NCBI RefSeq assembly: GCF_009914755.1
Contig: NC_060929.1
Length of the DNA stretch: 64,000 bases
Source: the human T2T-CHM13v2.0 reference genome, Homo sapiens
Strand: one strand, 5' to 3'
Positions 43,015 through 57,479 of the stretch are shown piece after piece. Under the pieces are notes generated by a model. That model was not told the origin of the DNA and made no database searches. It saw only the letters and a list, made by a program, of their open reading frames with translations. Both the position numbers and the translations under genes were made by a program. Position 1 is the first letter of the stretch. Each line of letters opens with the position of its first letter.

Positions 43015-44574
43015 AAACGTGTCTATATTTTGTTTCAAACAAATATGCATGTACATGTGTATGCTCTTACCTCTCAAAATCTTAAAGAAGTGTAAGATTA
43101 TATAAACTTACTAGATTCTTCATGGTGTTGCATGTGCTAGAGCAAATCTTCCTCAATGCTTGTATATTTAATAGCCTGAAAGAATAAATGTTTTTCTAAT
43201 GGGCATATTTTAGCTGAGGTTTTTTTTTAAGTCAAATATGTATATAAGTATGTGTAAAGTTTATGTGAAAGAAACGAGAGCCTTGTTTTCAGAAGCTCTT
43301 CTGTGTCTTGAAGGTGACATGTTTTTGCTTTCTTAAGTGACTTTACAGACGAAAAAGGAGTCACACTTTTACAGTTGATTTGGTGTAACCCTCCTTCATC
43401 AGTATCTAGCATATAGAGTATGCTGATGAGTCATGTGCAATGTGTTTTGAAAATCAGAACTTTTCAGATGAGCTGGAGGCCTGGATGCCTGAAATGGCTT
43501 AGGACATAAACTGCTCAAAAATAATTATAATACCCTTTTTTTGTAATTTTTTTCTACTTTTTTTTTTAGGTGCTCTGCAGGTTCAGAGAAACTTCTCTAG
43601 TAACAGACTGAGAAATGGTCCCTAAAGTATGGTGTTTAATTTCAATATTCCTAAAGAAAATCCAGTTTCCTTTGTAAAATGTTCCTTATGTAACAAAACT
43701 GTACTGAAAAAATGTGGTATTTTTCTTTCTCTTTATTTTGTCTCCCTATACCACTGAGAAGTTAATGGTTTAAGGAAAATATTTCAAGCCGTAGAGATCA
43801 TGTCAAATATTTGGTTTGGTAGGATTAATATTTTACTGCAGAGTGACAGTGCTAGTGCTGTCCTAGTTTTAGGGATGATTATATAAACTAATGAGCCCCA
43901 TCCATTAAAAAACTTAGGGAAACAAAAAGCTATTTATTATGTGGATTACACTGACTGTAGTTAGGATTACACTGACTATAGTTAGGACATGGAAGTGTGA
44001 AATAGTTACAACGTGGTTGCGTTTAATTAAAGTTGCTCTTTTTGTGATGCTGAGGTTAATAATTATGACGCTGTGCAAATGTTTAATACTGCTTTATTTT
44101 AAAAAAAACTCAATGTTTTGTTGTTTTGTGCCTAGCTCTCCACTGGCCTAAAGCTGACTTTTCACTTAAGTTTACCATCCTCTGAATTATTTCCATTACA
44201 ACAGATTTTAAGAATGACAGTTGGCTGGGGGCATTGTAATTGTATACTTCAGCCACTAGAGGGAAGAGACTCTAGTATTTATTCTGGGGAAAGAAAACGT
44301 GCTTCATCTCTCTGATTCTGTCACTGACCTTTAATCTGAAGGGGGTTATCCTTAGCATTGGGATTACCCTTCTTCCTCTTTTAGAGAAAAAACTTTGGGA
44401 AGGAAAAGGTAGAATTAAGGATATTGGACCAGGGCTTGATATATGGGTGTATCTGCCTGAAATTTGGGGTTCAACCAGTTCCTTCAAGACAGCTTCCAAT
44501 GGGCAAGCAGCTTTGTTGGGGGAAGTGAGTGATTCTTCCAGAACTATTTTATCTGTTAGTATAAAATAACAGTA

Positions 44575-44815
44575 ACATGACTAACATTTCTGGAATATTA
44601 GACACTGTTTTAAATACTTTAAAAATACTAACTATCCTAGCAACAGTCCTATGAGGTAAGTACTATTATCCCCATTTTACAGAATAGGAAACTAAGGTAC
44701 TTAGAGGTTAAGTAACTTATCCAAGATCACAGAACTAGAAACTACTGATATTGTGGTTAAAAACATGGGCAGTGGCTCCAGGATTTATGTTCTCAAGCAC
44801 TGTACAATACTGCCT
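44575..44815 (-). mobile_element. MIR SINE
   Basis: cctatgaggtaagtactattatccccattttacaga...ggaaactaagg...agaggttaagtaactt MIR core. Confidence 0.85.
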
Positions 44816-46293
44816 TTCCACTTATGCCCAGTTTCTCAAGCACGAAGAGACATTCACAGAATTTTGACAAGTTTGTGTCTACAAAGATGAGAGATATTTT
44901 GGTTGAAAACTACAACAGGAAAACTGTAGAATCAAAATTTATACCATAATTTACCCAGGAACACATACATGGTTCACATTTTAACGTTTCTAGAATCAGA
45001 TTGTGGCTTACAGCTTTATTCAGGGAAATAAGACATATTTGTAAACATAATATACCAACTTCATTAATTGTTAAATTTAATGCTCACAAAAACGTATTTG
45101 AAAATAATTTCTATTTTAGATCTTTGTACTTCATGAGAATTCCCCAGTGTGTGTGAGGATTACTGAGATTTGAAGTGAAAATATAAAATACTTATATTTT
45201 AGAGGAAAAAAAGGTAATGTGGGATGTTGGTGTGTTTTAATTTGTTTGGTAGTATGTCAGATGGGGCTTCCAAAGGTAAGTTTCTAGGACCTTCACGTTG
45301 TTAAATGGCCTTGGATCCTGCCTCTTCTCTAGGATTCACAGAAGCATTTTTCAAACCGCACCTGCCCCTCCTTATACCTCCTTGCTCATAATCAGGTTTA
45401 GGCTCCTTACTTTCCCTTCAGGAAGTCAGTTATTCTCATCAAGGCTTCAGAAATAGTCCTAGTGTTGAGCATGTGGGAGAGCTGCTTGTCTTCAGAGTGG
45501 TTTGACCCAGTCATTGATGAGTTGAAGTTTTCACTGTCTCACTGAGGCATGTGGCAGCTCAGAATTCATTCAAGCAAACTGGGCAGAGTCTGTGGTATTC
45601 AGGAATGGAGGCACAGCAGGAATGCAGGTCTGTGGCTTTGATCAAAACCCCTATCCACAAACAAGCAGAGCCCTGTGAATATGGTGAAGCATAATTTTTT
45701 CCCCACTGACATTTTGAAACCAGCTCCCTTACAGAAAGAAATATAGTTTTGGACAAACTTCAGGGAGTTTCCAAGAATTTTCAATAAACAACACAGTCAC
45801 ACTAAGCAAAATTTTTTTTCAATCCAAGAAGAATAAAACATTTTTCTAGAATATATAAAATATGGTAGTTTTATTTAGTAAAAATATAAAGGAACTTTAA
45901 AACTATCTTAAATCTCTGTTTTAAAGGATTTTTATTTCATCTCATTCTTTAAATTTTAAAATTTGTAATCAATGGCAGAATATTCAGAGACCAGACACAT
46001 AAATAAATGAGCTGAGAAATGTGCTTTTGTAGCTTTATTCTTGATCTCCACCTTAGGGCATTTCTGTGCTCTCCGGCAAGCCCTCACAGGTTTCACAGGG
46101 AGACACAGAGGATTGAGACTTAGAATTTGCCAGCTGTTGACAGATCTATGGAAGAGTCAGTGTGGTAAGAAGTTAATTTTATAAAATAAAATTTATGAAT
46201 TATCGATGGATTTCTATTATTCATGCTTGTTTTCTTTTAAAGACCTCTTTAAAAATGTATATGGCCTTAGAAACTATTGATTTTGTTTGGAAA

Positions 46294-46430
46294 TTTTAAA
46301 TACTTAAAAAATACTAACTATCCTAGCAACAGTCCTATGAGGTAAGTACTACTATTCCCATTTTACAGAATAGGAAACTAAGGTACTTAGAGGTTAAGTA
46401 ACTTATCCAAGATCACAGAACTAGAAACTA
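46294..46430 (-). repeat. 137-bp near-identical direct copy of 44608-44744 (MIR-derived)
   Basis: By eye, 3 substitutions and no indels; offset 1686 bp. Confidence 0.92.
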
Positions 46431-46455
46431 TAATAAACCTCAGAAATATAGTCTA

Positions 46456-46751
<296 letters not shown>

Positions 46752-49429
46752 CTATGTATTAAGTTAGTTTATATTCAAATTTAAAGAGTCATATGAGCAT
46801 TCTGTATTACTTGTCTCAGTTGTTGATAAACTTACCTGGTCATGTTTCTCTATGAGACTTTTTCTTAAGTTACTTGACTTGTAAGCTTATAGGTGTAAAT
46901 ATGTTCTAGAGTTTCCTGGAATCTGACAGATAGAGTACATGTGATTTCTTTGGGGAAACAGATATAGTTTTATTTATTGGACTATTTCTTAGAGAAATAG
47001 TTATGAATTTAGTTATTCCCTATGAAAGGCTGATTCTTTGGATAAAAAAATAGGTTCAGAATTATTTGAGTGAAAGCTTCTCAAAAATAATGACTCTGAA
47101 ATTTAGGACCTTAAATTGCTACCACACTCAAAGAAGAAATTCTGTCCTAAACTGCTCTGAAGTATCAGTGGTTTGAGAGAAGGGATGTTACAGAGACTAC
47201 AGGCATGAAACAGTCTGCTGATACTTTGCCATTAGAAAAACTGGCTGGCTGGTTTGCATATTCTGGTCTATTCATTTGTTCACTGTTTCCCACTTGTTCT
47301 TTCATTTGCTTCCCTTGGAGAGTAGCAAGTTGAAAAAAATTCAGTAGTTTTGGTATGGCTCATATTTACGAAATGCCAAAAAAGAACCAAGAGTTCTTTT
47401 TCCTTTCTCCTCGAAAATTGCCCTTGTTTGGATACTTACATGTTATATGATGGGCATAACCCCTGGGTCCCATGTTGATAGATGAGTGTTAGACTCACCC
47501 AGAATATTACCTGTCTTATATCTTTGAAGCACATACGAAATAGCCTTTGTGATTTGAGTGACTGGGCCAGTGTTCTCCATTATGTGCAGCAGGCTTCACT
47601 CCACAATAAAGCTGAAAGAACTTCACTCCCCAGTAAAGCTGAAAGTAACAGACAATACCTCAAGTTTTAGGTGCTTTACAGATACCTGGCAGCTCACTGA
47701 AGTATATCCAATCCTGTTTCTGGGACAAAATCACTGGATGGATCTTTCCGAGCCATGATTTTTGCAGTAATGTTTCTGAAGCTATAGCACTAGATACAAA
47801 GGATAAATAGAAAAATGATTATTTTGAAAGGGGAGAGAAAGGACTCTGGCAGTATCTGATGCCACTCTAGGTGTTAAATGTGGTTATGTTTATCTTTTAG
47901 CCCCAGGCAGTTTATGGTTTAGGATTTTTGAACGATTGAAGGATGTGCCTCCATGAGCCCTCACCAGAGACAGCCTGGGCCTTCCTGCTTTTTTCTGTGT
48001 GTTTTGCATCAAGCAGTGTTATTTGAAGGTAGCTGCAGTTCCTTCAGGGAAGATGAGTTGGCAGCAAGGCAGACAGATACAGTCATGGAGCAAGTTACTA
48101 AAGACTTGTAAATCACTCTCAAGTTATATAATGTGATTTAATATATATTAAAACAATGATAGCAGAAATAAATAACTCATGTAGGATGAACTGTTTTCAG
48201 TTTTCCATGATGCCTGCAAATCTTTTTCTGTATGCATGCATGATTTTATGATTGCAATCGTAATACAGGTGCACTTTTTTCTGTTGTTTTTTCATGTAAT
48301 GCATTACCATGCTGCTATATAATCTTCATAATGATCATTTTTGGTGTCTGCATAATTAGTAAATAAGTCATCTACTCTTGATAACTATGAGGAAAATAAA
48401 AGAGATAGTGTCTATATCAAGAACTGATGTCCTTTTCAGTGTTTCGCATCTTCACTTCCGGTTTTCTCTAATGAAAAGAATTAGGGAGATGGAGTGATAG
48501 CTACCACTCCTTGGGAAGCCTGTCTCTAAATTCTGATGGGTAGCATCATCTACTAAACTCAGACTTCCGAAGTCATGGCAGACTTTCCCCATCACCTATA
48601 CCTTGCACTTTCATCTTAAAGTTTCAGTCCCCTTTAAACTGTAAAGCCAGCTAGATGGTCACATCTTCTAAGTTATCAACTAAACGTTAATTCTTACTTA
48701 TCAATCTCATCTAAAGCCTTAGGTGAGATTGATTGTCTGTGCAATACAGGCAAGAACAAGATGTAGGAACGGGCAGTTGTGAAAGAGGAAGAAATGTGCT
48801 AGGAGAGGAGATGAACAGAGGGAACTGATTGTGAAACATTACTCAGATGAGCTGATCTGAAGTCTGTTCAACTTTGTAACTCCTCCTAAGTGCGACGGAA
48901 GGTTTCACTGGGTAAGCTGACATTTGTGAGCCAGGAGCCCCAGACTGTGAGGTGGTGGCCAGCAGATTGCAAACCTTGAGCACTGTTGATGTAGCACTCT
49001 TGATTCTCATCTTTTCTCTGCTATGGCTGTGTGTGTTGATCATGTTTCCAGCAGGATTGAGTTACTACCTTGGAAAAAGGTCACCCTGCTCAAGTTCATG
49101 TTTTTATTCATCTTTTTAGAGAAGACAAACTACACTTTACTTCAGCCATACTTATTGGGAAGGAAAGTAAAAACCCAATAGTGGCGTTTGGTTCATTTAT
49201 TAATAAACCTTTTAAATATGCCTGAATATCATGGACTTTTTATTGATCATTTTATTACTCATTACGAAGATTGTCAATAATGACAGTGCTTTAAAAGAAA
49301 AATCATCCAGCCAATTGACAAAGGCAACCTGATTTTGGAAGCATCCCTCAGGGCTTATCTGTAGAAGTTGGAAAAATAGAAAAATAACTGTTTTTGTTTT
49401 TAGTTAACCTTAGAAAAATGTGTGTGCAA

Positions 49430-50320
49430 CCATTCATTCCGCTGAGTGTCTGGTGTGTACTTTGAGACATACACAGATGAATAGAAACGGTCCTTGTACT
49501 TGGAGAGCTTTAAGCATAGTAGGGCATTAGACCTGTAAACACATAATTGTGCTGCAGTGGAATGACTGGTAAAAAAGAGGCATGCATATGAATAAAATTC
49601 ATTGGGGAGCCAGGAGAAAAACCATTTATGTCTGCAGGAAAAGGTCAGGACCACTTTGCTGGAGAGGTGACCTTACAGCTCATGCTTGAAAGATGTGCAG
49701 GTTTCCAAGCAGAGGAGCTGGAAATTCTAGGAAGAGGAACAGGATGTGCAAAGGCAGTGAGGTGTGGCAGAGCTTACTGTGTCTGAGGAGCTTAAAGTAA
49801 TCCAGTATTTCTGACAGGCACATAAACAACAGAGGGCACTTGTTAAGGGATGAGGCAGGAGAAATAACAAGGGATTATAGCATAAAATATTCCATTAAAA
49901 GAGGTTTTGATATTTTTGTGGAGTACCTCTCAAACTTTAAGAATCACCTGGACATTTTAGTAGAATGCAGATTTCTGGGCTGTACTTCCAGAATTATAGA
50001 ATCAATGGGTGTGCAGAAGACCCCCCCCCCCCCACCCCACCAAATCTGCATTTCTAACAAGCACTCCAGATGATTCAATGATGATAAGACAGAAACCATG
50101 TGTGGAGAAATACTGCTGTAGAACAATGGGGACCCATTCAACTTTGTTTCATGGGAGAGTGATATGACTGCGTGCACCTGTTTGAGCTGAGCAGTTTTGG
50201 AAGAATGGTTTCACATTGACAGTGAGGAGCACCAAGAGGAAGGAACGGTACCGCATTAATCTACACAAGAGATCGTGGAAGCCATGACCAGGGTCATGGC
50301 AAGTGAGGAGAAGACATGAA
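49430..50320 (-). mobile_element. L2 LINE containing a MER5-like DNA transposon (~49920-50115)
   Basis: cattcattcc...ggagagctt L2 end; agaatcacctgg...aatgcagatt...aatctgcatttctaacaagc MER5 motif. Confidence 0.65.
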
Positions 50321-51498
50321 AATCTATTGTTCCTTTATCATTTTATACAGAGTGAAAACTTTTACCCAATTTTCTTTTATTTTCCAATTTTCCAATCTGG
50401 TGTATTTTTCAGCCACTTTTAAATGGGATTTGCTTTTCTTTTCAGTTTTCTATTGCTGCTGTTTACATGTCCTCTGGCCTTGTTTTTCTTTCTCCTTCGT
50501 ATATTAGCATTCTTAATAATTCTGTACGTACTTCATTTCCTAAAAGCTACTTATAAAGACAATTCTTGTTTCACATTCATTCGTCACTCACCTGTCACTA
50601 TATTGAGTAACTTGACTGGCTGTTGTTCTCATTCCTATTAACTGGAGTAACTTCTCTTTGAAAGTTTTTTGATCACCAGGAACTTTAATATGGTTGTCTT
50701 CTATAACATGTATGACAGTACATTGAATACAAGAATATTTCTATGGTTGGCAGCAGAAACGTCGTCTTTACCTTTCAGTACTCTCAGTCTAACTATATAC
50801 AGACAGTTTAAACTGAATTACCTAGTCTCATGGGAAATAACAAGTTAGGGTGTTTTGGAGAAAGGAGGAAGTAATCCCAAATTATAGCTATTTAATTCTT
50901 TGAAATGAAGAGCATTATTTTTATTATATTCATGTCTAGATAATGTTAAAAGTAAGTTTGCTTCTCAAGAGTTCATGTTTTTTTTGAGCAGTGAAAGAAA
51001 GCTTTTTCATTGTACAACATGACAGAGGGAAGCAGGTCTGGAATTCAAAACTGTTCACATAAATGCACAGCCTCACCAATCTGCAAATAATGACACATAT
51101 ATTCAAACAAAAGCAAAGCACTGCATGGATTTAAAGCCCAGTCGGCTTTGAAAATACCCGTTTGCCCAGTTGCCATAGACAAGGTAGTAAGGATTTATAT
51201 CTAGAAATCAGAGATATTTTTCATTTTTATATTATAGAATTCCTGAGAGTAGGAAAGACTTCTTTTTAAAAGCAATTTTAGTATTTATTTCCAAGACTCA
51301 TAGAGCTTTTATTAATGCATATGCATTATTTCGTGTGTCAAAAAATATCAATCAAATTTTATTAAAATACCAGAGTAAAAGTGTGTATTGTTTTCTTAAG
51401 TTTGTAAACTCTTCAAAGTATTCTAAAATTCTCAGGAACTTGAACTTTCAGGTCATGATAATAGGACTGTCAAATGTGTGGCTCCTGGAAATCAGAAA

Positions 51499-51798
51499 TT
51501 TTTTTGTCTGTTTGTTTTTGAGACAGAGTCTCACTCTGTCTCCCAGGTTGGAGTGCAGTGGTGTGATCTTTGCTCACTGCAAAATCCACCTCCGGTTTCA
51601 AGTGATTCTCCTGCCTCAGCCTTCCAAGTAGCTGGGACTGTCGGCACCCGCCACCATACCCAGCTAATTTTTGTATTTTTAGTAGAGACGGGGTTTCACC
51701 ATGTTGGCCAGGATGGTCTCAATCTCTTGACCTTTTGATCCACCTGCCTCGGCCTCCCAAAGTGCTGGGATTACAGGCGTGAGCCACCATGCCCAGAC
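51499..51798 (-). mobile_element. AluS (Sc-like)
   Basis: Antisense full Alu with ggccaggatggtctc. Confidence 0.93.
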
Positions 51799-51820
51799 GA
51801 AAATTTTTTAAATTTAAAAC

Positions 51821-52423
<603 letters not shown>

Positions 52424-52546
52424 TTATTCGTATATAACCATATATATAATATCTTAATGTAGATCATAGAACTTCATTTTTTTCTGATTTTAAAATATTA
52501 CTTCAGGAGCATTTCCCATTTATTACATATTTTTTAAAAATATCAT

Positions 52547-53044
52547 TGTTTTAGTTTCTTCTGGTTACTATAACAAATTATAACAAACTAGCTTAAAACT
52601 AGCTTATATTTATTTATTCTCTTAGAATTTTAAAGGTCAGAAGTCCGAAATCAATTTCTGTGCGCTGAAATCAAGGTGTCGGCTGGGCTGAGCTCCCTCT
52701 AGAAGCGCTGAGGTGGAATCTGTTTCCCTGCCTTCTCCAGCTCCTAGAGCTGCATTCCTTGCAGTTTTTTGGCTCTTGTCCCCTTCCTCCATCTTCAGGC
52801 CCAGCAGCCTAGCATCTCATTTCAGTGCCACATTGCTGCCTTCTTCAAGTATCCCTCTGCCTCACTTTCATAGAGACACTTGTGATTATATTTAAGGCCC
52901 ACCTGGATAACCTAGGACCAACTCCTCATCTCAAGATTCTTAATTACATCTGCAAAACTCTTCTTGCTATATAAGGTAACATATTCACAGGTTCCAGAGA
53001 TTAGAACCTGGATATCTTTGGAATCTATTATTCAGCCTACTGTA
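52547..53044 (-). mobile_element. MLT1 LTR inserted in an old L1ME fragment
   Basis: tgttttagttt...aggtcagaagtccgaaatca...aatcaaggtgtcggc...tcacaggttccagagattag...ttattcagcctac. Confidence 0.82.
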
Positions 53045-53515
53045 ATTCTAATTCTTTACTGGTTTTCTAAAATTCTATTTTGTGGCTGTTTTAGGATGTA
53101 TTAACAATTGCCCTCATCTTGTACCTTTGGCTTTTTCCCAACATTATGCTATTATAAGCAATTCTGAGATTAATTTCCATATCCACAAATCTGTGTGCAT
53201 ACTTGATTGTATCTTTTGTATAAATATTGCATATTAAATTATAATTCAAATATATCTATGTATATATTATATGTACATGTATATATGGACACATACATTT
53301 ATATATGTGTTTGGACATGTACACATATGTGCCTACTACATGTATATATATGTATGTGACCATATATGGGTCTATGTATGTATATGTTTTCCTTCTCCAA
53401 ATTGCCTTCCAGAAAGTTAGTAGAGAGTACTTATCTTCCCCATGTCCTTACCAACATTGAGTATTATCTTTTTTTAATCTTTACCAGTGAAACAGGTAAA
53501 TTGATACCTAATTAA

Positions 53516-53828
<313 letters not shown>

Positions 53829-56558
53829 TGATTGATGTTTTAATTACATTTTATGATAACTAGTAAGAGTTAACACTTGTCATGCCTGACATTATATTTA
53901 TACCCCTATGAATTAACATTTCTTTTAAACTTTTTGTTGGTATAGAAGTGATATAACTTAATAGAACTCCTTGACTAAATAACTTCATGTCCTCCCTGAC
54001 ATATCTTCCGATGTGTGGAATAATTGGAATTGATCTTAGCAATGGAAGGAAATTCCGATTGTTACAGAAGCATGTGATTTCTACCTCTGTATATGCTCCC
54101 TGTTTGGTACTTTGATGAAAACTCATACTTCTCATTTTAATGGCATAATTTTCCATAACTTTAGATGTATGACCTGGAAAAAATATTCAAGAAAAGAAGA
54201 ACGGATAAATTAACCTTAATCTTAAATTACAGAAAGGTCTTAGTGTCAGCTACGAAAGGGCTAAATATAACCATGCTGACCCACTTAAACCAAATTGACA
54301 CTTCTTATAATTGCACTATAATTCATGCTCAAGAGCTGTATAAGAAATGATGCACCTTAGACCCAAGCTTCTGGATCAAGAAGCACCTTGTCCTTGAAGT
54401 TAATTCCAGATTGAGCATCTAATGCAATGATTAGTAGCCATGGTTCACTGTTACCATCAAAAAGAATTTAGCACTGCATACACAACTAGTTGTATATTTA
54501 TACTTAAACGCAATTCGTTACCTATCATGGTCTCTGTTGAGATTTTGAAATTTGAAACAGTAGACCTGCCTAATAGGTACAGCTTATATAGATAATGGAA
54601 TGGACTCATGGACCCATGAAACTGAAATTGAAATAGACAGGAAAAGGTTTTTAAAACACATATAGGGTCAGTCTTTAAAATATTAGGCAGGTAGCCCTAA
54701 GTTTGTTATCACACATCTTTCTAACCTGTAGCAAATCCATCCTCAATCTCTTCTTTCCCCTGCCCACCCCTTCACCCCCAATCCTTTCTCTATTGTTCCC
54801 TTTCTCCCTTTGCTTAATATTCATCCCAATGGTGGTAGTGATGGTTTAAAGATGAGGGGATAAAGCCCCTGCCCTCAAGGAGCTCTTACTCTAATAGGGA
54901 CTGATAATGTGCACAAAATGATTTGGATTTTGATACAGTGGAAGAACCCTTTCATGCAGGAGCTCTCAGGAGCACAGCCCAGTAGAGGGATATCTAATTC
55001 ATTGGGGATGGGGGGCTCCCATGAAGGCTGCCTAAAGTGACAACAAGGTTGGTCTTAAAACAAGATAGGAGTTAGGTTTTCTGTTTGCCGGGTGATGCAT
55101 TGATCTCCAAGTGTTGCTGTCTACTTCATAATTGGATTACTGGCTTGGGTGGAGGCCAGTGCTCCACGTGGTTTATTGATGGATCTTCCAGACAGCTGTT
55201 TTAGAATGGAGAGATACACTCATCTCTGGATCTTGCCCAGTAGTCTCCTTCTTTTGCATGACCCCTTCATCCCTGTAAGGATGCCATGTGTTTTCTGGCA
55301 GTGTGTCCAGCTGTTCTCCCACGGGGTGGAACTCTGTTGGGACTAAGCTATGGGGCTTCTCCCAGGAACTTCCCCTGCTTGAAAGTCAGAAGGTAGAGTG
55401 CTGGAGTGTGCTTGCAAGACATGATTCTGCACCTTCTCCAGTCCTATGGGCTGTGTGCCATATATGTATTCTACTCTAATTATCAATCATACATATCAAG
55501 GAGTCACTCACTGCCTTGGGAGATAAGTGCTTCATTTCCCATATCTATGCACTGTCTTCTCTTATATTTTGTTAGCTTATAGGTTATCTGCTAATCTTTT
55601 CCGTGTCTCTGATTCTCCTGGGATCCAGAGAATGCCTGAGAAAGACCTTGCATTCTCTTCCCGTTCTGGCCAGTCTTTAGCATGTCCTTTACTTGCTTCA
55701 GACTGTATCCTTTACACTACCTTCGGAGATTGTGTAGTTCTTTGCTCAACCCATCAGGAAATAGAATTCTTATTTTGTTTCCTTTGTTTTGGATTTTTTT
55801 TTTCCTTTTCCTTTTTTGCTTCCAGGATAATGTTTCTTTCATTTTACTCATTCACTTTAAAAATCTGAACCTCTCTTACCTTGTGGCATTATTTTAAAAT
55901 ATTTTTTGGTATTTTCCAGGATGATACAACCTTGCCTATTATCTGTCTTAGTTTTCAGCATTCAGGCCTATCCCTACAAGTTAATTGTTGTCTATCTTTT
56001 TATCTTTCTCCATATTTTAGCATTGTGAGTGCAAATTTGTTTAATAATATTAGAAACGCTTTCTTCAACCTGTTCCTCATTGATGTAACTTTCTTCCCAT
56101 TTCTGTCCCAGTATTAAACTTTATTTCTTGGGATGTACAAAATGATTACAAGGATTGCTCATTCAGGACAGCCAGTTTGCTGTTCACAGTTCTAGCCTCA
56201 AACTCTCAAGACCACATTTAGAAGGTGACCAAAGTGGACTTGAAGGTGTGGACAGCCCTAGGGAACTAGTCACTTCTAGGTGCCCTGAAAATGGGGATGG
56301 GAAGATGTCAAAGTTAGTTTAGGGCAAAATCCTTAGAATAGGCCAGGATCAGGTAGAGTGCTTAGGAAATCTCAACTTAGTGTCTTATTGGGCATGGCCT
56401 CATGGCCCGAGTGTCCTGCACAGGGGGCTGACAGCTTTGCAGACTTCACATCCACACTAGAAAACTAAGTCTTTTCATAGAATCTAAGTTCAAGACAAGA
56501 CTCCAGGCATATTATCTTTTAACATTGTTCTACGTGGACTGGAGAAAACCCCTTCTTA

Positions 56559-56903
<345 letters not shown>

Positions 56904-57479
56904 TCAAGTCAGTAAAAAGGACCTGGCATTTTTTGTATGTAGAAGGGGAGGTAATAGTGAAGGATTTGACCCTTTCTTAAATACTTATTTCTTCCTAAGC
57001 TTGCATTTCAGTAGGATGACAAGCTTGTTTTTTAGTTTCATTTACCTTACAAAACCAATGGCTAACAATGTCATCCTGATTAAATGAATGAAAGTTCTGA
57101 ACCACAAAGCTTGTCCATTGTTGTATAGGCTTAGTTGTTACACAATAGAAAATCCTGCTGAATATCTCTATATTGACCTAGACCAGCTATAGTCTTAAGA
57201 ATTTCCAGTAATCTCAGTTCCCTCTTTGTTCTGCAGTTGAGTTTTACTGCAGTCGCAACTATAGTTTCTGCCCATATAATTATTTTGTAGGAAAATGTCA
57301 GTAGTTTTGACAATTTTAATTCTTGTGTTTACCGACTGCTCTGCCTTCTGAATCATATGTAACCAAATCAAGTCAAACAGGTTAGAAGACAACTCACACT
57401 TCAGTGTCATCTGTACTCTTATCTTCATGAGTGTGGGAATGTACAATCCACTTTCGCTCACTATATTAATTCATTCTGG

